Shown here piece after piece: positions 17,028-26,923 of a stretch of 64,000 nucleotides of DNA (its first letter is position 1; each line of letters begins with the position of its first letter). This DNA comes from Candidatus Gastranaerophilales bacterium. Its GTDB lineage: Bacteria; Cyanobacteriota; Vampirovibrionia; Gastranaerophilales; Gastranaerophilaceae. The DNA is taken from NCBI GenBank assembly GCA_944324455.1, contig CALUWJ010000008.1:14235-78234 (forward strand), in the 5' to 3' direction. Below the pieces are notes generated by a model, which saw only the letters and a list, made by a program, of their open reading frames with translations, searched no databases and was not told the DNA's origin. The translations under genes were made by a program, and so were the position numbers.

Positions 17028-17432
17028 ATGTTTAAATTTGTAATAATAGCTCTAAACTTGTTAATGACCGCATCATTTGCAGCCTCAGAATTATATGCCG
17101 AAAATGAAGAAATTAAACAAGCTCTAAATAACAACATGTATGAACCAAATTATTTTAGTTTATTTTTCGGTTTATTTGTTGTAATTTCACTTGTATATAT
17201 AACAAGCTACGTTTATCAAAAATTAATAAAAGTAAAAATCAACCAAGATGACACAGACATCTATAAAATAGATATTTTATCCACCACATCACTGGGTCAA
17301 AATAAGTCATTACACATAATCAAAGCAAACGGCAAATGTATGCTTATTGGTGCTACACAAAATAATATTACATTTATTAAAGACATAGAAGACACAACGG
17401 GAATAATTGATGAACAAAACAGTCAAAATTAA
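17028..17432 (+). CDS. FliO-like small membrane protein
   Basis: Single TM followed by ILSTTSLGQNKSLHIIKANGKCMLIGATQNNITFIKDI. This parallels E. coli FliO ISASASLGARERVVVVDVEDARLVLGVTAGQINLLHKL. Confidence 0.45.
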   Translation: MFKFVIIALNLLMTASFAASELYAENEEIKQALNNNMYEPNYFSLFFGLFVVISLVYITSYVYQKLIKVKINQDDTDIYKIDILSTTSLGQNKSLHIIKANGKCMLIGATQNNITFIKDIEDTTGIIDEQNSQN

Positions 17433-18276
17433 GGATATAACAGTAGGGGATAATTACCCTTGTTTTATAATAGCTGAAATTGGAATTAATCATAACGGAG
17501 ACATCGAAACAGCAAAAAAACTTATCAATGTTGCTCATTTTTGCGGATGTAACGCTGTTAAATTTCAAAAAAGAACTGTTGATAAGGTTTACACAAAAGA
17601 AGAACTTTCTATTCCCAGAGATAGCATCTTTGGCAAAACTAATGGCGACTTGAAGCGAGGCTTAGAATTTGATTATGATGAATACAAAATAATTAATGAA
17701 TATTGTAAAGAACTTAAAATGCCTTGGTTTGCATCTTGTTGGGATGTAGACAGCGTTGATTTTATTGAGCAATTTGATGTTTGTGCACACAAAATCTCAT
17801 CTGCCTGTTTAACAGATATTGAGCTTCTAAAAAAAATCAAAAGCACAAATAAACCTGTTTTATTATCCACAGGCATGTCAACAATAGATGAAATAGATAA
17901 GGCTGTTGATATATTAGGAACAGATAATTTAATAATCTATCATTGCACATCAACATACCCTACATCAAATAATGAAATAAATCTAAATGCAATCCCAATG
18001 CTCAAAGAAAGATATAATTGCCCGATAGGCTTTTCAGGTCATGAAAGAGGAATTTTTCCATCAAGTGCAGCTGTGATATTAGGTGCATGCTCTGTTGAAA
18101 GACACATAACACTGGATAGAACAATGTGGGGTTCAGATCAAGCAGCAAGCCTTGAGCCTGAAGGGTTAAGAAAACTTGTTAGAGACATTAGAAATGTCAA
18201 AGATATATTAGGAGACGGCATTAAAGTTGTATATGAAAGCGAACTACCCATAAGAAAAAAACTTAGGAGAAAATAA
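17407..18276 (+). CDS. NeuB-family sialic/nonulosonic acid (phosphate) synthase, lacking the C-terminal SAF domain
   Basis: CFIIAEIGINHNGDIETAKKLI..A...GCNAVKFQ signature. 289 aa ends right after the TIM-barrel part. Confidence 0.8.
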   Translation: MMNKTVKIKDITVGDNYPCFIIAEIGINHNGDIETAKKLINVAHFCGCNAVKFQKRTVDKVYTKEELSIPRDSIFGKTNGDLKRGLEFDYDEYKIINEYCKELKMPWFASCWDVDSVDFIEQFDVCAHKISSACLTDIELLKKIKSTNKPVLLSTGMSTIDEIDKAVDILGTDNLIIYHCTSTYPTSNNEINLNAIPMLKERYNCPIGFSGHERGIFPSSAAVILGACSVERHITLDRTMWGSDQAASLEPEGLRKLVRDIRNVKDILGDGIKVVYESELPIRKKLRRK

Positions 18277-18758
18277 TGTTAAAATTATCCAAAAACATAA
18301 AAATGGTAATAAGCGATTTTGACGGCGTATTTACGGATGGTTCCGTTTATATTTCCGAAAAAAATGAAGTACAAAAAAAACTAAATTTTAAAGATATAAT
18401 GGGCGTTTCAATAATACTTAAATCAGGAATTGATTTTGGCATAATTTCAGGTGAAAAAAGCAATATTTTGAATTATTTTAAAGATAAATTTAACATTAAA
18501 GAAATCCATGGCGGAATAAGACAAAAAGGAATTGTGCTGGATGAAATAATGAAAAAATATAATCTTGACTCATCTCAAGTGCTGTATATCGGAGATGATA
18601 TAAATGATATCCCTGCCATGGAATTGGTAGATTATAGAATAGCGCCAAAAAATTTAAATCCAATATTAACTCTAAAAGTTAAAAATCTACAAATTACTGA
18701 AAATTATGGCGGAAATGGCGCAATTAGAGAAATTGCAGATATTTTAGCGGAATTATAA
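18276..18758 (+). CDS. KdsC-family HAD phosphatase (KDO-8-P / nonulosonate-9-P phosphatase type)
   Basis: SDFDGVFTDG HAD motif I, GDDINDIP motif, 160 aa. Start overlaps the neuB-like stop. Confidence 0.75.
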   Translation: MLKLSKNIKMVISDFDGVFTDGSVYISEKNEVQKKLNFKDIMGVSIILKSGIDFGIISGEKSNILNYFKDKFNIKEIHGGIRQKGIVLDEIMKKYNLDSSQVLYIGDDINDIPAMELVDYRIAPKNLNPILTLKVKNLQITENYGGNGAIREIADILAEL

Positions 18759-20473
18759 TGAACATATTTTTTAATTTTATAAGATACATAAATAATCTGA
18801 TAAACTCAGTTGAAACATTCAATAAACATATAAACCAATATAAGCAAATCACAAAAGAACCGGCGCTTCCTTCGTATGCATATATTAATTGGGGATTATT
18901 TTTAATAAATAACGGCAAAAAAGAAAAGGGCATAGAAAAACTAAAACAAAGTGCCATAATGAACAACACAAATCCTGAGGCATATATTAATCTTGGAATT
19001 GCATACGCACAAGATGAAAAATTTGCACTAGCACTAAAAAACTTCAAAAAAGCAATAAAACTAAACCCGACTAACGGCCGAGCTTGGGGATACTTAGCAG
19101 GGGCATACAGTGAATTAAATGAAAATACACTAGCAAAATCGGCTTTTGAAAAATCACTTGATTTAGACAGAGCAAATCCTGCGACATATCTAAACTATGG
19201 AATTTTTTGTATTAAAAACAATCAAAAAGAAAATGCAAAAGTATTGCTGCAAAAAGCGTATTTGCTTGATCCAACTTCAGTCCAACCAATGATGATATGG
19301 GGCATGATTTTAATTGAAGAAAAAGAATATAAAACAGCGCTTATGCGATTTAAAAAAGTTTTACAAAGTGAACCTTTCAACACTGACGCTCTCCATTTGT
19401 GCGGTTTATGCTCTCTTAAAATCGGATTATACCAAGACTGTATAGAATATTGTAAAAAAAGTTCTTCAATAAATCCTCAAAAAAAAGAAAATTATATTTT
19501 GATTTGTGAAAGCTATCTAAACTTAAGTGATGAAAAAAATTGCTTAAATTCTTTTGAAAAATATGAACAATACAGCAGCGAAGATTGGAGATATTATAAT
19601 TCTTGGGGTATATCATTATCTCGTTTTGAAAAATTCGAAGAATCAATTTCAAAATTCAATAAATCAATCGAACTTAAAGAAGATGAATACATTGTTCACA
19701 ATGCCTTATCGTATTCGTTAATTAAAATCAATAAATACGAAGAAGCAAAAAAAGAAATTGAAAAAGTAATGAAACTAAAACCGGATTTTGCAAATGCACA
19801 TTTTAATTTAGCGCAAATCTTTATGAAATCTGAAGAATATCAAAAAGCCATAGATTGCTATAAAAAAGCACTCTCTTTAGATGCAAATCTTAAAAAAACA
19901 TACTTTAACATTGCAGGTGCATATCACAAATTAAACGACAATAAAAACGCAATTAAATACTGGGAAAAAACAATAGATTACGATAAAAATAATATAGATG
20001 CATATTTAAATTTAGCTATGACATATTTTGATGACAATAACAATTATACAAAATCAATAAGATACATAAGAAGTGCTTATGAATTAGATAAAAATAATGC
20101 AGATATTGTCTTTAAATATGGATTAATATTATTAAAAGCAAATGAGCTATATAGAGCAGAAGAAAAACTATCAGACGCAATTAAGTTGGATAACAATCTG
20201 ATTAGCGCAAAAATTGCTTTAGCTGAATGTAATTTGCGGTTAAACAAACCTCAAAAAACCCTTGAAATATTAAATGAATGCGAACAAGAAAAAGGGGGAG
20301 ACAGAGATTATTTAACAATAAAAATCATGGCACTTCTTGAATTATTTAAAAATGATAACCAAAATTTGGAATTAAAAAACACAATCTTACAAATTTGTGA
20401 TAAAATACAAGCAAACTTTGAACAAGTTGATTTCATTGAAGAAATCAAAAAAAGTATAAACAACAACACTTAA
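18758..20473 (+). CDS. TPR repeat protein
   Basis: 571 aa of consecutive TPR-like repeats (A..N.G.AY......A...F.KA..L.P). Confidence 0.75.
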   Translation: MNIFFNFIRYINNLINSVETFNKHINQYKQITKEPALPSYAYINWGLFLINNGKKEKGIEKLKQSAIMNNTNPEAYINLGIAYAQDEKFALALKNFKKAIKLNPTNGRAWGYLAGAYSELNENTLAKSAFEKSLDLDRANPATYLNYGIFCIKNNQKENAKVLLQKAYLLDPTSVQPMMIWGMILIEEKEYKTALMRFKKVLQSEPFNTDALHLCGLCSLKIGLYQDCIEYCKKSSSINPQKKENYILICESYLNLSDEKNCLNSFEKYEQYSSEDWRYYNSWGISLSRFEKFEESISKFNKSIELKEDEYIVHNALSYSLIKINKYEEAKKEIEKVMKLKPDFANAHFNLAQIFMKSEEYQKAIDCYKKALSLDANLKKTYFNIAGAYHKLNDNKNAIKYWEKTIDYDKNNIDAYLNLAMTYFDDNNNYTKSIRYIRSAYELDKNNADIVFKYGLILLKANELYRAEEKLSDAIKLDNNLISAKIALAECNLRLNKPQKTLEILNECEQEKGGDRDYLTIKIMALLELFKNDNQNLELKNTILQICDKIQANFEQVDFIEEIKKSINNNT

Positions 20474-20482
20474 GAGGTAAGT

Positions 20483-21745
20483 ATGGGGCTAATTGTACAG
20501 AAATTTGGCGGAACATCTGTTGCAGACAGTGAAAAAATCAAAAATGTAGCTAAAGCTGTAATTAAAGAAAAGTTAAACGGCAATGATGTTGTAGTGGTTG
20601 TTTCTGCAATGGGACACACAACAGACGGTTTAATAAAATTAGCTAATGAAATAACAATAAATCCATCCCCAAGAGAAATGGATATGCTTTTATCGACAGG
20701 TGAACAAATATCAATGTCTCTGTTGGCTATGGCAATTAATGAATTGGGATATAAAGCAATCAGCCTTACAGGACTGCAAGCCGGAATTAAAACAGAAAAT
20801 TGCCATATGTGTGCAAGAATTTTAGATATAAACACAGATAAAATTCAAAGATGCCTTAAAGAAGATAACATAGTTATCGTAGCAGGATTTCAAGGAGTGT
20901 GTAAAGATAACGAAATAACAACTCTTGGTAGAGGCGGTTCAGATACAACAGCAGTTGCTTTAGCATGCGCTCTAAAAGCTCAAAGATGCGACATTTATTC
21001 TGATGTTGAAGGCGTATATACGGCTGATCCGAGAGTTATTAAAACTGCTAAAAAGCTAAAAGAAATATCTTATGAAGAAATGCTTGAACTGGCAAGAGTA
21101 GGTGCAAACGTATTGCACCCGAGATCAGTCGAAACCGCAAAACTTCATAAAATGCCAATGAGAGTCAGAAGCTCGTTTAAACTTGATGATTTAGGAACTT
21201 TAATAATAGGAGTTGATGAAATGGAACTAAACAAACCCGTTACAGGGCTTGCATGCGATACTTCACAAGTAAGAATAGTAATTTGCGATATTGTAGATGA
21301 ACCCGGAAATGCAGCAAAACTATTTAATTTATTAGCAGATGAAAATCTAAGTGTTGATATGATTATCCAATCATATGCAAGACATCAAAAAAATACAAAC
21401 GATATTGCTTTTACAATCGCAAAAAACGATATCGAAAAGTTTAATAAAATTAAAGATAAAATCAATGGAATTTTATCAGCTTCAAACATATATATTGATG
21501 AAGATATTGTTAAAGTTTCAATAGTTGGCGCCGGAATGATAGATAGACCCGGTATAGCAGCTAAAATGTTTGATACATTAGCAAAAGAAAACATAAACAT
21601 CAAAATGATTTCAACAAGCGAAATTAAAATAAGTTGTCTGGTTGAAAAGAAATATTCAAATCAAGCTGCACAAGCGCTATGCAAAGTTTTTGAACTGGAT
21701 GGCGCTGATATAGCAGACGTAAAAGGGGATTTACCCACTCTATAA
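20483..21745 (+). CDS. lysC: aspartate kinase
   Basis: IVQKFGGTSV N-terminus, kinase core and two ACT-like C-terminal repeats. Confidence 0.9.
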   Translation: MGLIVQKFGGTSVADSEKIKNVAKAVIKEKLNGNDVVVVVSAMGHTTDGLIKLANEITINPSPREMDMLLSTGEQISMSLLAMAINELGYKAISLTGLQAGIKTENCHMCARILDINTDKIQRCLKEDNIVIVAGFQGVCKDNEITTLGRGGSDTTAVALACALKAQRCDIYSDVEGVYTADPRVIKTAKKLKEISYEEMLELARVGANVLHPRSVETAKLHKMPMRVRSSFKLDDLGTLIIGVDEMELNKPVTGLACDTSQVRIVICDIVDEPGNAAKLFNLLADENLSVDMIIQSYARHQKNTNDIAFTIAKNDIEKFNKIKDKINGILSASNIYIDEDIVKVSIVGAGMIDRPGIAAKMFDTLAKENINIKMISTSEIKISCLVEKKYSNQAAQALCKVFELDGADIADVKGDLPTL

Positions 21746-21749
21746 TAAA

Positions 21750-23060
21750 ATGATTGAAACGCTAAAAACATTTTTTGAAAAATATAACATTAAAAATAAA
21801 AGCGTAGTTATTGGCTTCTCGTCAGGACCCGACAGCTGCGCTTTAGCACATTTAACATCTAAACTAAAAAAAGACTTCAATTTAGAATTGATATTAGCAT
21901 ATTTTAATCATAATTGGAGACAAGAAGCAAAAGAAGAAGAACTTTTTACAATCGAATTTGCAAATAAAATAAATGCAAAATATTATATTGAACAAGCACC
22001 CAAAAACTCCAAAAAAAATGAAGAAACAGCAAGAGAATTAAGATATAATTTTTTTGAAAATTGTGCAAAAAAATATAATACAGACATTGTTCTTTTAGGG
22101 CACAACAAAAATGACAATGTTGAAACACTAATATATAGAATAATTAAGGGCACATCAATCAAAGGGCTGAATTCAATTCCTGAAAACAGAGATATATATT
22201 ATAGACCTTTATTAAAAATAGAAAAAAAAGATATTCTTGAATATCTTGAAAAAAACAATATAGCTTTTAAAGTTGATTCTTCAAATGAAGATATTAAATA
22301 TAAAAGAAATTTAATAAGAAAAATTATTATGCCTCAAATGGCTTTAATTAATAACAATTACTTAAACTCCATAGAAAACCTGATACAAAATTCAATTAAC
22401 ACGAAATTAATTTTAGATGAAGCAATTTTATCAACAGAAAACAAAATCATTATTAACCAAAAAATAAAACTAAATGATTTTATAAATTTAAAAGAACCTC
22501 TAAGGCTCGAAATTTTAAATAATTATCTAAAAGATTATTTAAAATATAGAACTTCAAAAAATATAAAAAGATTTGATGAATTTATTTTAAACAACAATAA
22601 AAATAAAATATCAATAAATAAAAATTGCTTTTTGATAAAAAAGAATAATGAGATTTTTATTGAAACAAAACATCAAAAAAATGAAACCATTGTCAAAATA
22701 AATTCAACAGGAGAATATTATTTTGAAGATGGAAAATTAACAATTGAAAAAATAGAAAAAGGAGATAAAATTTATCCAAATTCAAAAGAAAATATTTGCT
22801 TTTTAAATTTTGATTTTCCTCTTGAGTTAAGACACAGAAAAAACGGAGACAAATTTTGCCCTTATGGACTAAAAAGTGATAGAATGAAGTTAAAAGATTT
22901 TTTGATTAATGAAAAAATAGAACAAAATAAAAAAGATGAAATTGTATTACTTGCAAACAAAGAGGATATCTGCTGGGTTATCGGCTATAAAATAAGCAAC
23001 AAATACAAACAAAATAACACCAATTGTTATAAATTAACTTGGAGAAAAATTAATGGATAA
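21750..23060 (+). CDS. tilS: tRNA(Ile)-lysidine synthase
   Basis: PP-loop FSSGPDSCAL, followed by hpt as in the common tilS-hpt arrangement. Confidence 0.85.
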   Translation: MIETLKTFFEKYNIKNKSVVIGFSSGPDSCALAHLTSKLKKDFNLELILAYFNHNWRQEAKEEELFTIEFANKINAKYYIEQAPKNSKKNEETARELRYNFFENCAKKYNTDIVLLGHNKNDNVETLIYRIIKGTSIKGLNSIPENRDIYYRPLLKIEKKDILEYLEKNNIAFKVDSSNEDIKYKRNLIRKIIMPQMALINNNYLNSIENLIQNSINTKLILDEAILSTENKIIINQKIKLNDFINLKEPLRLEILNNYLKDYLKYRTSKNIKRFDEFILNNNKNKISINKNCFLIKKNNEIFIETKHQKNETIVKINSTGEYYFEDGKLTIEKIEKGDKIYPNSKENICFLNFDFPLELRHRKNGDKFCPYGLKSDRMKLKDFLINEKIEQNKKDEIVLLANKEDICWVIGYKISNKYKQNNTNCYKLTWRKING

Positions 23061-23586
23061 AAACATAAAAGATTTAAAAATCCTGATTGACTCAAAATCA
23101 CTCAACAACAGAATTAAAGAATTAGCACAAGAAATCAATTCAAAATATAATAAAGATGAACCCTTAACGGTAATTTGCGTTTTAAGGGGTGCTGTAATGT
23201 TTTTTACGGAACTTGTAAAACATCTTGAAATGCCGATTAAAATGGAATTTGTATCATTATCAAGCTATGGCGATAATTTTAAATCATCAGGTAAAGTTAA
23301 ATCTTTTAATTTATCCTTACCTCCTCTAAAAGATGAAAATGTACTAATTGTTGAAGATATAATTGATACAGGTTTAACACTTGATTTTTTAATGAAATTT
23401 ATAAAAATTAATTGCAAAGCAAAAGATGTCAAACTTGCAGCTTTGTTTAATAAAAAGTGTGCTAGAAAATACGATATAGAACCCGATTTTAGCGCTTATG
23501 AAGTTGATGATAAGTTTATTGTCGGTTTTGGGCTTGATTATTGCGGCTTATACAGAAATTTAGATTATATCGGATATTTTGAATAA
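23053..23586 (+). CDS. hpt: hypoxanthine phosphoribosyltransferase
   Basis: VLIVEDIIDTGLTL PRPP-binding motif, 177 aa. Confidence 0.85.
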   Translation: MDKNIKDLKILIDSKSLNNRIKELAQEINSKYNKDEPLTVICVLRGAVMFFTELVKHLEMPIKMEFVSLSSYGDNFKSSGKVKSFNLSLPPLKDENVLIVEDIIDTGLTLDFLMKFIKINCKAKDVKLAALFNKKCARKYDIEPDFSAYEVDDKFIVGFGLDYCGLYRNLDYIGYFE

Positions 23587-23587
23587 A

Positions 23588-24121
23588 CTACAAAAAGAAA
23601 ATTGAACATATCCAAACAGCAGCAATTAAACCGACAACATCGGCCAAAATCCCCGCTAAAAGAGCATGCCTGAATTTTTTAATACCAACTGCGCCAAAAT
23701 AAACACTTGCAACATAAAAAGTGGTTTCACTGCTTCCTGTTATAACTGCTGCTAATTTAGTTGCATAAGAATTAACTCCTGTTTGATTGATTATATCTGC
23801 CAATACCCCTAATGTAGCTGAACCAGATAAAGAACGAGTCAGCATAATTATTGTGGTTTCTATTGGAATTTTAAAATAATCAAATAAAGGTTTAAATATT
23901 TTTTCCATAAATTCAATCGCGCCGCTTGCTCGAAACAATGCTGTACATACCATTATAGCAATTAAATATGGGATTATTTTTATTGCAATTTTAAACCCTT
24001 CGTTGGCTCCATCTACAAAAGCCTCATAAGCTGGAGTTTTTTTATAAATCGCATAAATCAAAATAAAAACGATAATTAATGGCAATATCCACAATGAAAG
24101 AGTGTTTAAAAATTGAATCAT
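23588..24121 (-). CDS. nucleoside-recognition (Gate) domain membrane protein, SpmB-like
   Basis: 177-aa polytopic protein. Paired and overlapping with the SpmA-like gene. Confidence 0.6.
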   Translation of the reverse strand: MIQFLNTLSLWILPLIIVFILIYAIYKKTPAYEAFVDGANEGFKIAIKIIPYLIAIMVCTALFRASGAIEFMEKIFKPLFDYFKIPIETTIIMLTRSLSGSATLGVLADIINQTGVNSYATKLAAVITGSSETTFYVASVYFGAVGIKKFRHALLAGILADVVGLIAAVWICSIFFL

Positions 24122-24693
24122 TTATAAAACCTCTCCAAAATTTTTGCAAAAAACAAAGCAGAAATAAAAGCAATTGATGTAACAATCAAAGTAGGCAAAA
24201 TAATTTGAGTTGGATTTTGCATTCCGTTTGCACTTAATATCGCCAAAACAACAGCAGGGACAATCTGAAAACCTGCGGTATTGATAGCTAAAAAAGTACA
24301 CATAGAATTAGTTGCCCTATTTTTATCTTTGTTTTGAGATTGCAAATTCTCCATAGCCTTTATTCCAAAAGGAGTAGCAGCATTAGATAAACCAAGAGCA
24401 TTTGCGCTAATATTAAGTGCAATATTGCTTTGTGCTTCTTTATTTTCTTTTATATCAGGAAAAATTAACAACAAAGGCTTTTGGATTATTTTAGATAAAA
24501 CATCCATTAAACCCGATTTTTTGGCAATATTAACTATTCCAAGCCAAAATCCCATAATACCAATTAAGCCAAACGCAATTTCTACTGCCCTTTGGCTTGC
24601 TTTTAACATCTCATCTGTTGCAATATCAAGCCTGTTATTTATCGCAGCAAATATAAAGGAAACAAGTATTAAAAATATGAAAATATAGTTCAT
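24118..24693 (-). CDS. nucleoside-recognition (Gate) domain membrane protein, SpmA-like
   Basis: 191-aa polytopic protein, 4-nt overlap with the SpmB-like gene. Confidence 0.6.
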   Translation of the reverse strand: MNYIFIFLILVSFIFAAINNRLDIATDEMLKASQRAVEIAFGLIGIMGFWLGIVNIAKKSGLMDVLSKIIQKPLLLIFPDIKENKEAQSNIALNISANALGLSNAATPFGIKAMENLQSQNKDKNRATNSMCTFLAINTAGFQIVPAVVLAILSANGMQNPTQIILPTLIVTSIAFISALFFAKILERFYK

Positions 24694-26547
24694 TTAGTTT
24701 TGGAATTTTGATGTGAAATAATTTTCACCATCATTTGTTATTGTGTACTTTCTCATATCTTCTATTTCAACTGTCTTAATATACCCTAAACTTATTAATT
24801 TACCAAGAACAAGCATATCGGCAATTTCACCAGTAGCAGGAAACAACTTGGAATTAATAAATTTCATTGAAAAACAGTCTTGTTTTAAGATATTTTTTAT
24901 ATAATAAGAGCAAATTAAAAATTCGTCAACTAAATCAGAAGTGTTGAATTTTGATAAATATGTTTTAAAATCAACATTTTCTTCTTGAACAGAAATTAAA
25001 TTTTCATTTCTAGGTTCAATATCCTTAACTTCAATGCTTGAATTATTTTCATTTTTGTTTATTATTTCAAGATATTCTTTATAGCTTGGAATTGGATTAA
25101 TATTTATCTCGTCAATTAATTCGTTTTTATTATATTTCGGCTTTTCTTTGTTTTCTTCATTATCTGTTTGAGGGTTTTGATTTATATCTTCTTTATTTTC
25201 AATTTTATCATCATCAATAGAATTAATTGAAAATAAATCATCTAATTTATGTTGGTTAACATCTTCAAACTTTTCTTCTTCATCTGACTTAGATTCAATA
25301 AAATCATCCGTATCATTTTCATTATCAAAAGGTAAATCCTCAAAATTATTTTTTGAATTTTGGCTATTATCTACCTTTTGATTAATCTTATCTTTATTAT
25401 CTAAAATACTTTTATTTTCAATTTTAGTAAATTCAACAGCTTTCGATGGCAAGGAAACCTGCAAAATATCATTTTCATCTAAAACTAATTCTTCAACAAC
25501 TTTTAATTTATTTTGATTATTATTCTTATAATTTTCAAACAACGCATCATTAAAAACAGTACTATCTGAAATATCTATTGCCTTAATCTCTTTTTCTACT
25601 ATAGAAATCAGTTCATCTATTCCATCTTCATCCTCTTTTTTTTCATCAATAGGTTGATTAACAATTGATATTTGAGGATGTAAAAATGATGGAGATGAGT
25701 TGTTTTCAACTTCTTTTCTTGGTGAAACAGATACAACATTAAAAGGGGTATCAGCAGCATAATTGGCAGCTAAATCTTCTTGTATGTCAAACTTTTCTTC
25801 TTCATTTTGTTCAGCGTAATCTATTAATTCGTCAAGATTAATTTTTTCAAATTCTTCTTCCGTTTGGTAATTTTTTGCTTGTTTAATATCTTCATAAGTT
25901 AAAGATGGTAAATTCTCAACATCTGATGAAACAGGAGTCTCAATAAAATCCATGGGAGGGTTATTGTCTTCAATTTCTTCTTGTAAAGTTTGATTTATAG
26001 GCAAATCTTTTAATTTATTATTTGAACTTTCTGATTCATAAATTTCATTTTTCTCTAAATATTCATCTTTTGTTTCAGATTTTTGAATTAATTCATCTGT
26101 TTGCTCATTTGTTGAATTTTCACAAATTTCATCATGCTTTATTTCATCTGTTAGCAGATTTTCTTCAACAGACCCGGACGGATGATTATCGCATAATTCA
26201 GAAGATCTATCAACTATGCTTTCAGAACTTTTTTCTTCAATATTATCTTCTTTAAAGTTTTCATCTAAATTTAGCTTATCATCTTGTGCATTAATTTGTT
26301 TATCATCATCTTTTGGCAAAACAAAATTATTATCACTTTGACTTTTGATGTTAATTTTTTCAAAATCTTCGATTGATTTAATGTTATCATCAACAATGGT
26401 AACTTTTTTTATTTGTGATTTAAACTCATCACTTGCATCAAACATAGAAGCAAAATACTTATCCATTTCATTTTGGATAATATTTTTGTTAAACGAATCA
26501 AGGCTAAATTCGCAGCCATTAGATTTAATTTTTATATTATAATACAC
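24694..26547 (-). CDS. acidic low-complexity hypothetical protein with wHTH-like C-terminus
   Basis: 617-aa ORF, GTG start. D/E/N-rich centre. C-terminal LVLGKLISLGYIKTVEIEDMRKYTITNDGENYF resembles a winged helix. Confidence 0.55.
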   Translation of the reverse strand: MYYNIKIKSNGCEFSLDSFNKNIIQNEMDKYFASMFDASDEFKSQIKKVTIVDDNIKSIEDFEKINIKSQSDNNFVLPKDDDKQINAQDDKLNLDENFKEDNIEEKSSESIVDRSSELCDNHPSGSVEENLLTDEIKHDEICENSTNEQTDELIQKSETKDEYLEKNEIYESESSNNKLKDLPINQTLQEEIEDNNPPMDFIETPVSSDVENLPSLTYEDIKQAKNYQTEEEFEKINLDELIDYAEQNEEEKFDIQEDLAANYAADTPFNVVSVSPRKEVENNSSPSFLHPQISIVNQPIDEKKEDEDGIDELISIVEKEIKAIDISDSTVFNDALFENYKNNNQNKLKVVEELVLDENDILQVSLPSKAVEFTKIENKSILDNKDKINQKVDNSQNSKNNFEDLPFDNENDTDDFIESKSDEEEKFEDVNQHKLDDLFSINSIDDDKIENKEDINQNPQTDNEENKEKPKYNKNELIDEININPIPSYKEYLEIINKNENNSSIEVKDIEPRNENLISVQEENVDFKTYLSKFNTSDLVDEFLICSYYIKNILKQDCFSMKFINSKLFPATGEIADMLVLGKLISLGYIKTVEIEDMRKYTITNDGENYFTSKFQN

Positions 26548-26556
26548 CAGCTAATC

Positions 26557-26691
26557 CTAACCCTGTTGAGTTTGTTTTTTAAGAATTTCTTCTCTCCATT
26601 TTTCTAATTGTTGTTCAACAAAATCAGCATCATCAGAAGAAAATTCAATTTCCAATTCACCTTTTTTCATTTTAAAAACATATTGAGGCAT
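26557..26691 (-). CDS. unlisted small ORF (44 aa) upstream of the 617-aa gene
   Basis: ATG at 26691 preceded by AGGAG at 6-nt spacing. MPQYVFKMKKGELEIEFSSDDADFVEQQLEKWREEILKKQTQQG. Its stop lies 9 nt before the next start. Confidence 0.35.
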   Translation of the reverse strand: MPQYVFKMKKGELEIEFSSDDADFVEQQLEKWREEILKKQTQQG

Positions 26692-26923
26692 TGTAAGCTC
26701 CTACTTAATCTATTAGCATTATAATCCAAAAGGATTATTTTTATTCGAGTTTTATAAATATTGTTAAAAAAATATACAAATTCATCAAAAATAAGCTGAA
26801 AAATTTGATTTTATAAAAAAATTAGCTAAATTGTTTATATAAAGGGTTATTTTTAATTCATTTGTATGACTAAATAAGAAAACATTTTTCCTATAATAAA
26901 CTTGGGAACATCAGGGGTTTATT

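Noticed and set aside
20470-20835. Other antisense or overlapping ORFs of 60-130 aa in the track (for example 20470-20835, 35626-35991, 55123-55479, 58643-58954, 24425-24688, 13792-14154, 56859-57233).
   Set aside because: Each lies wholly inside a longer ORF with clear family motifs on the other strand. None has an SD, and all have biased shadow-frame composition.
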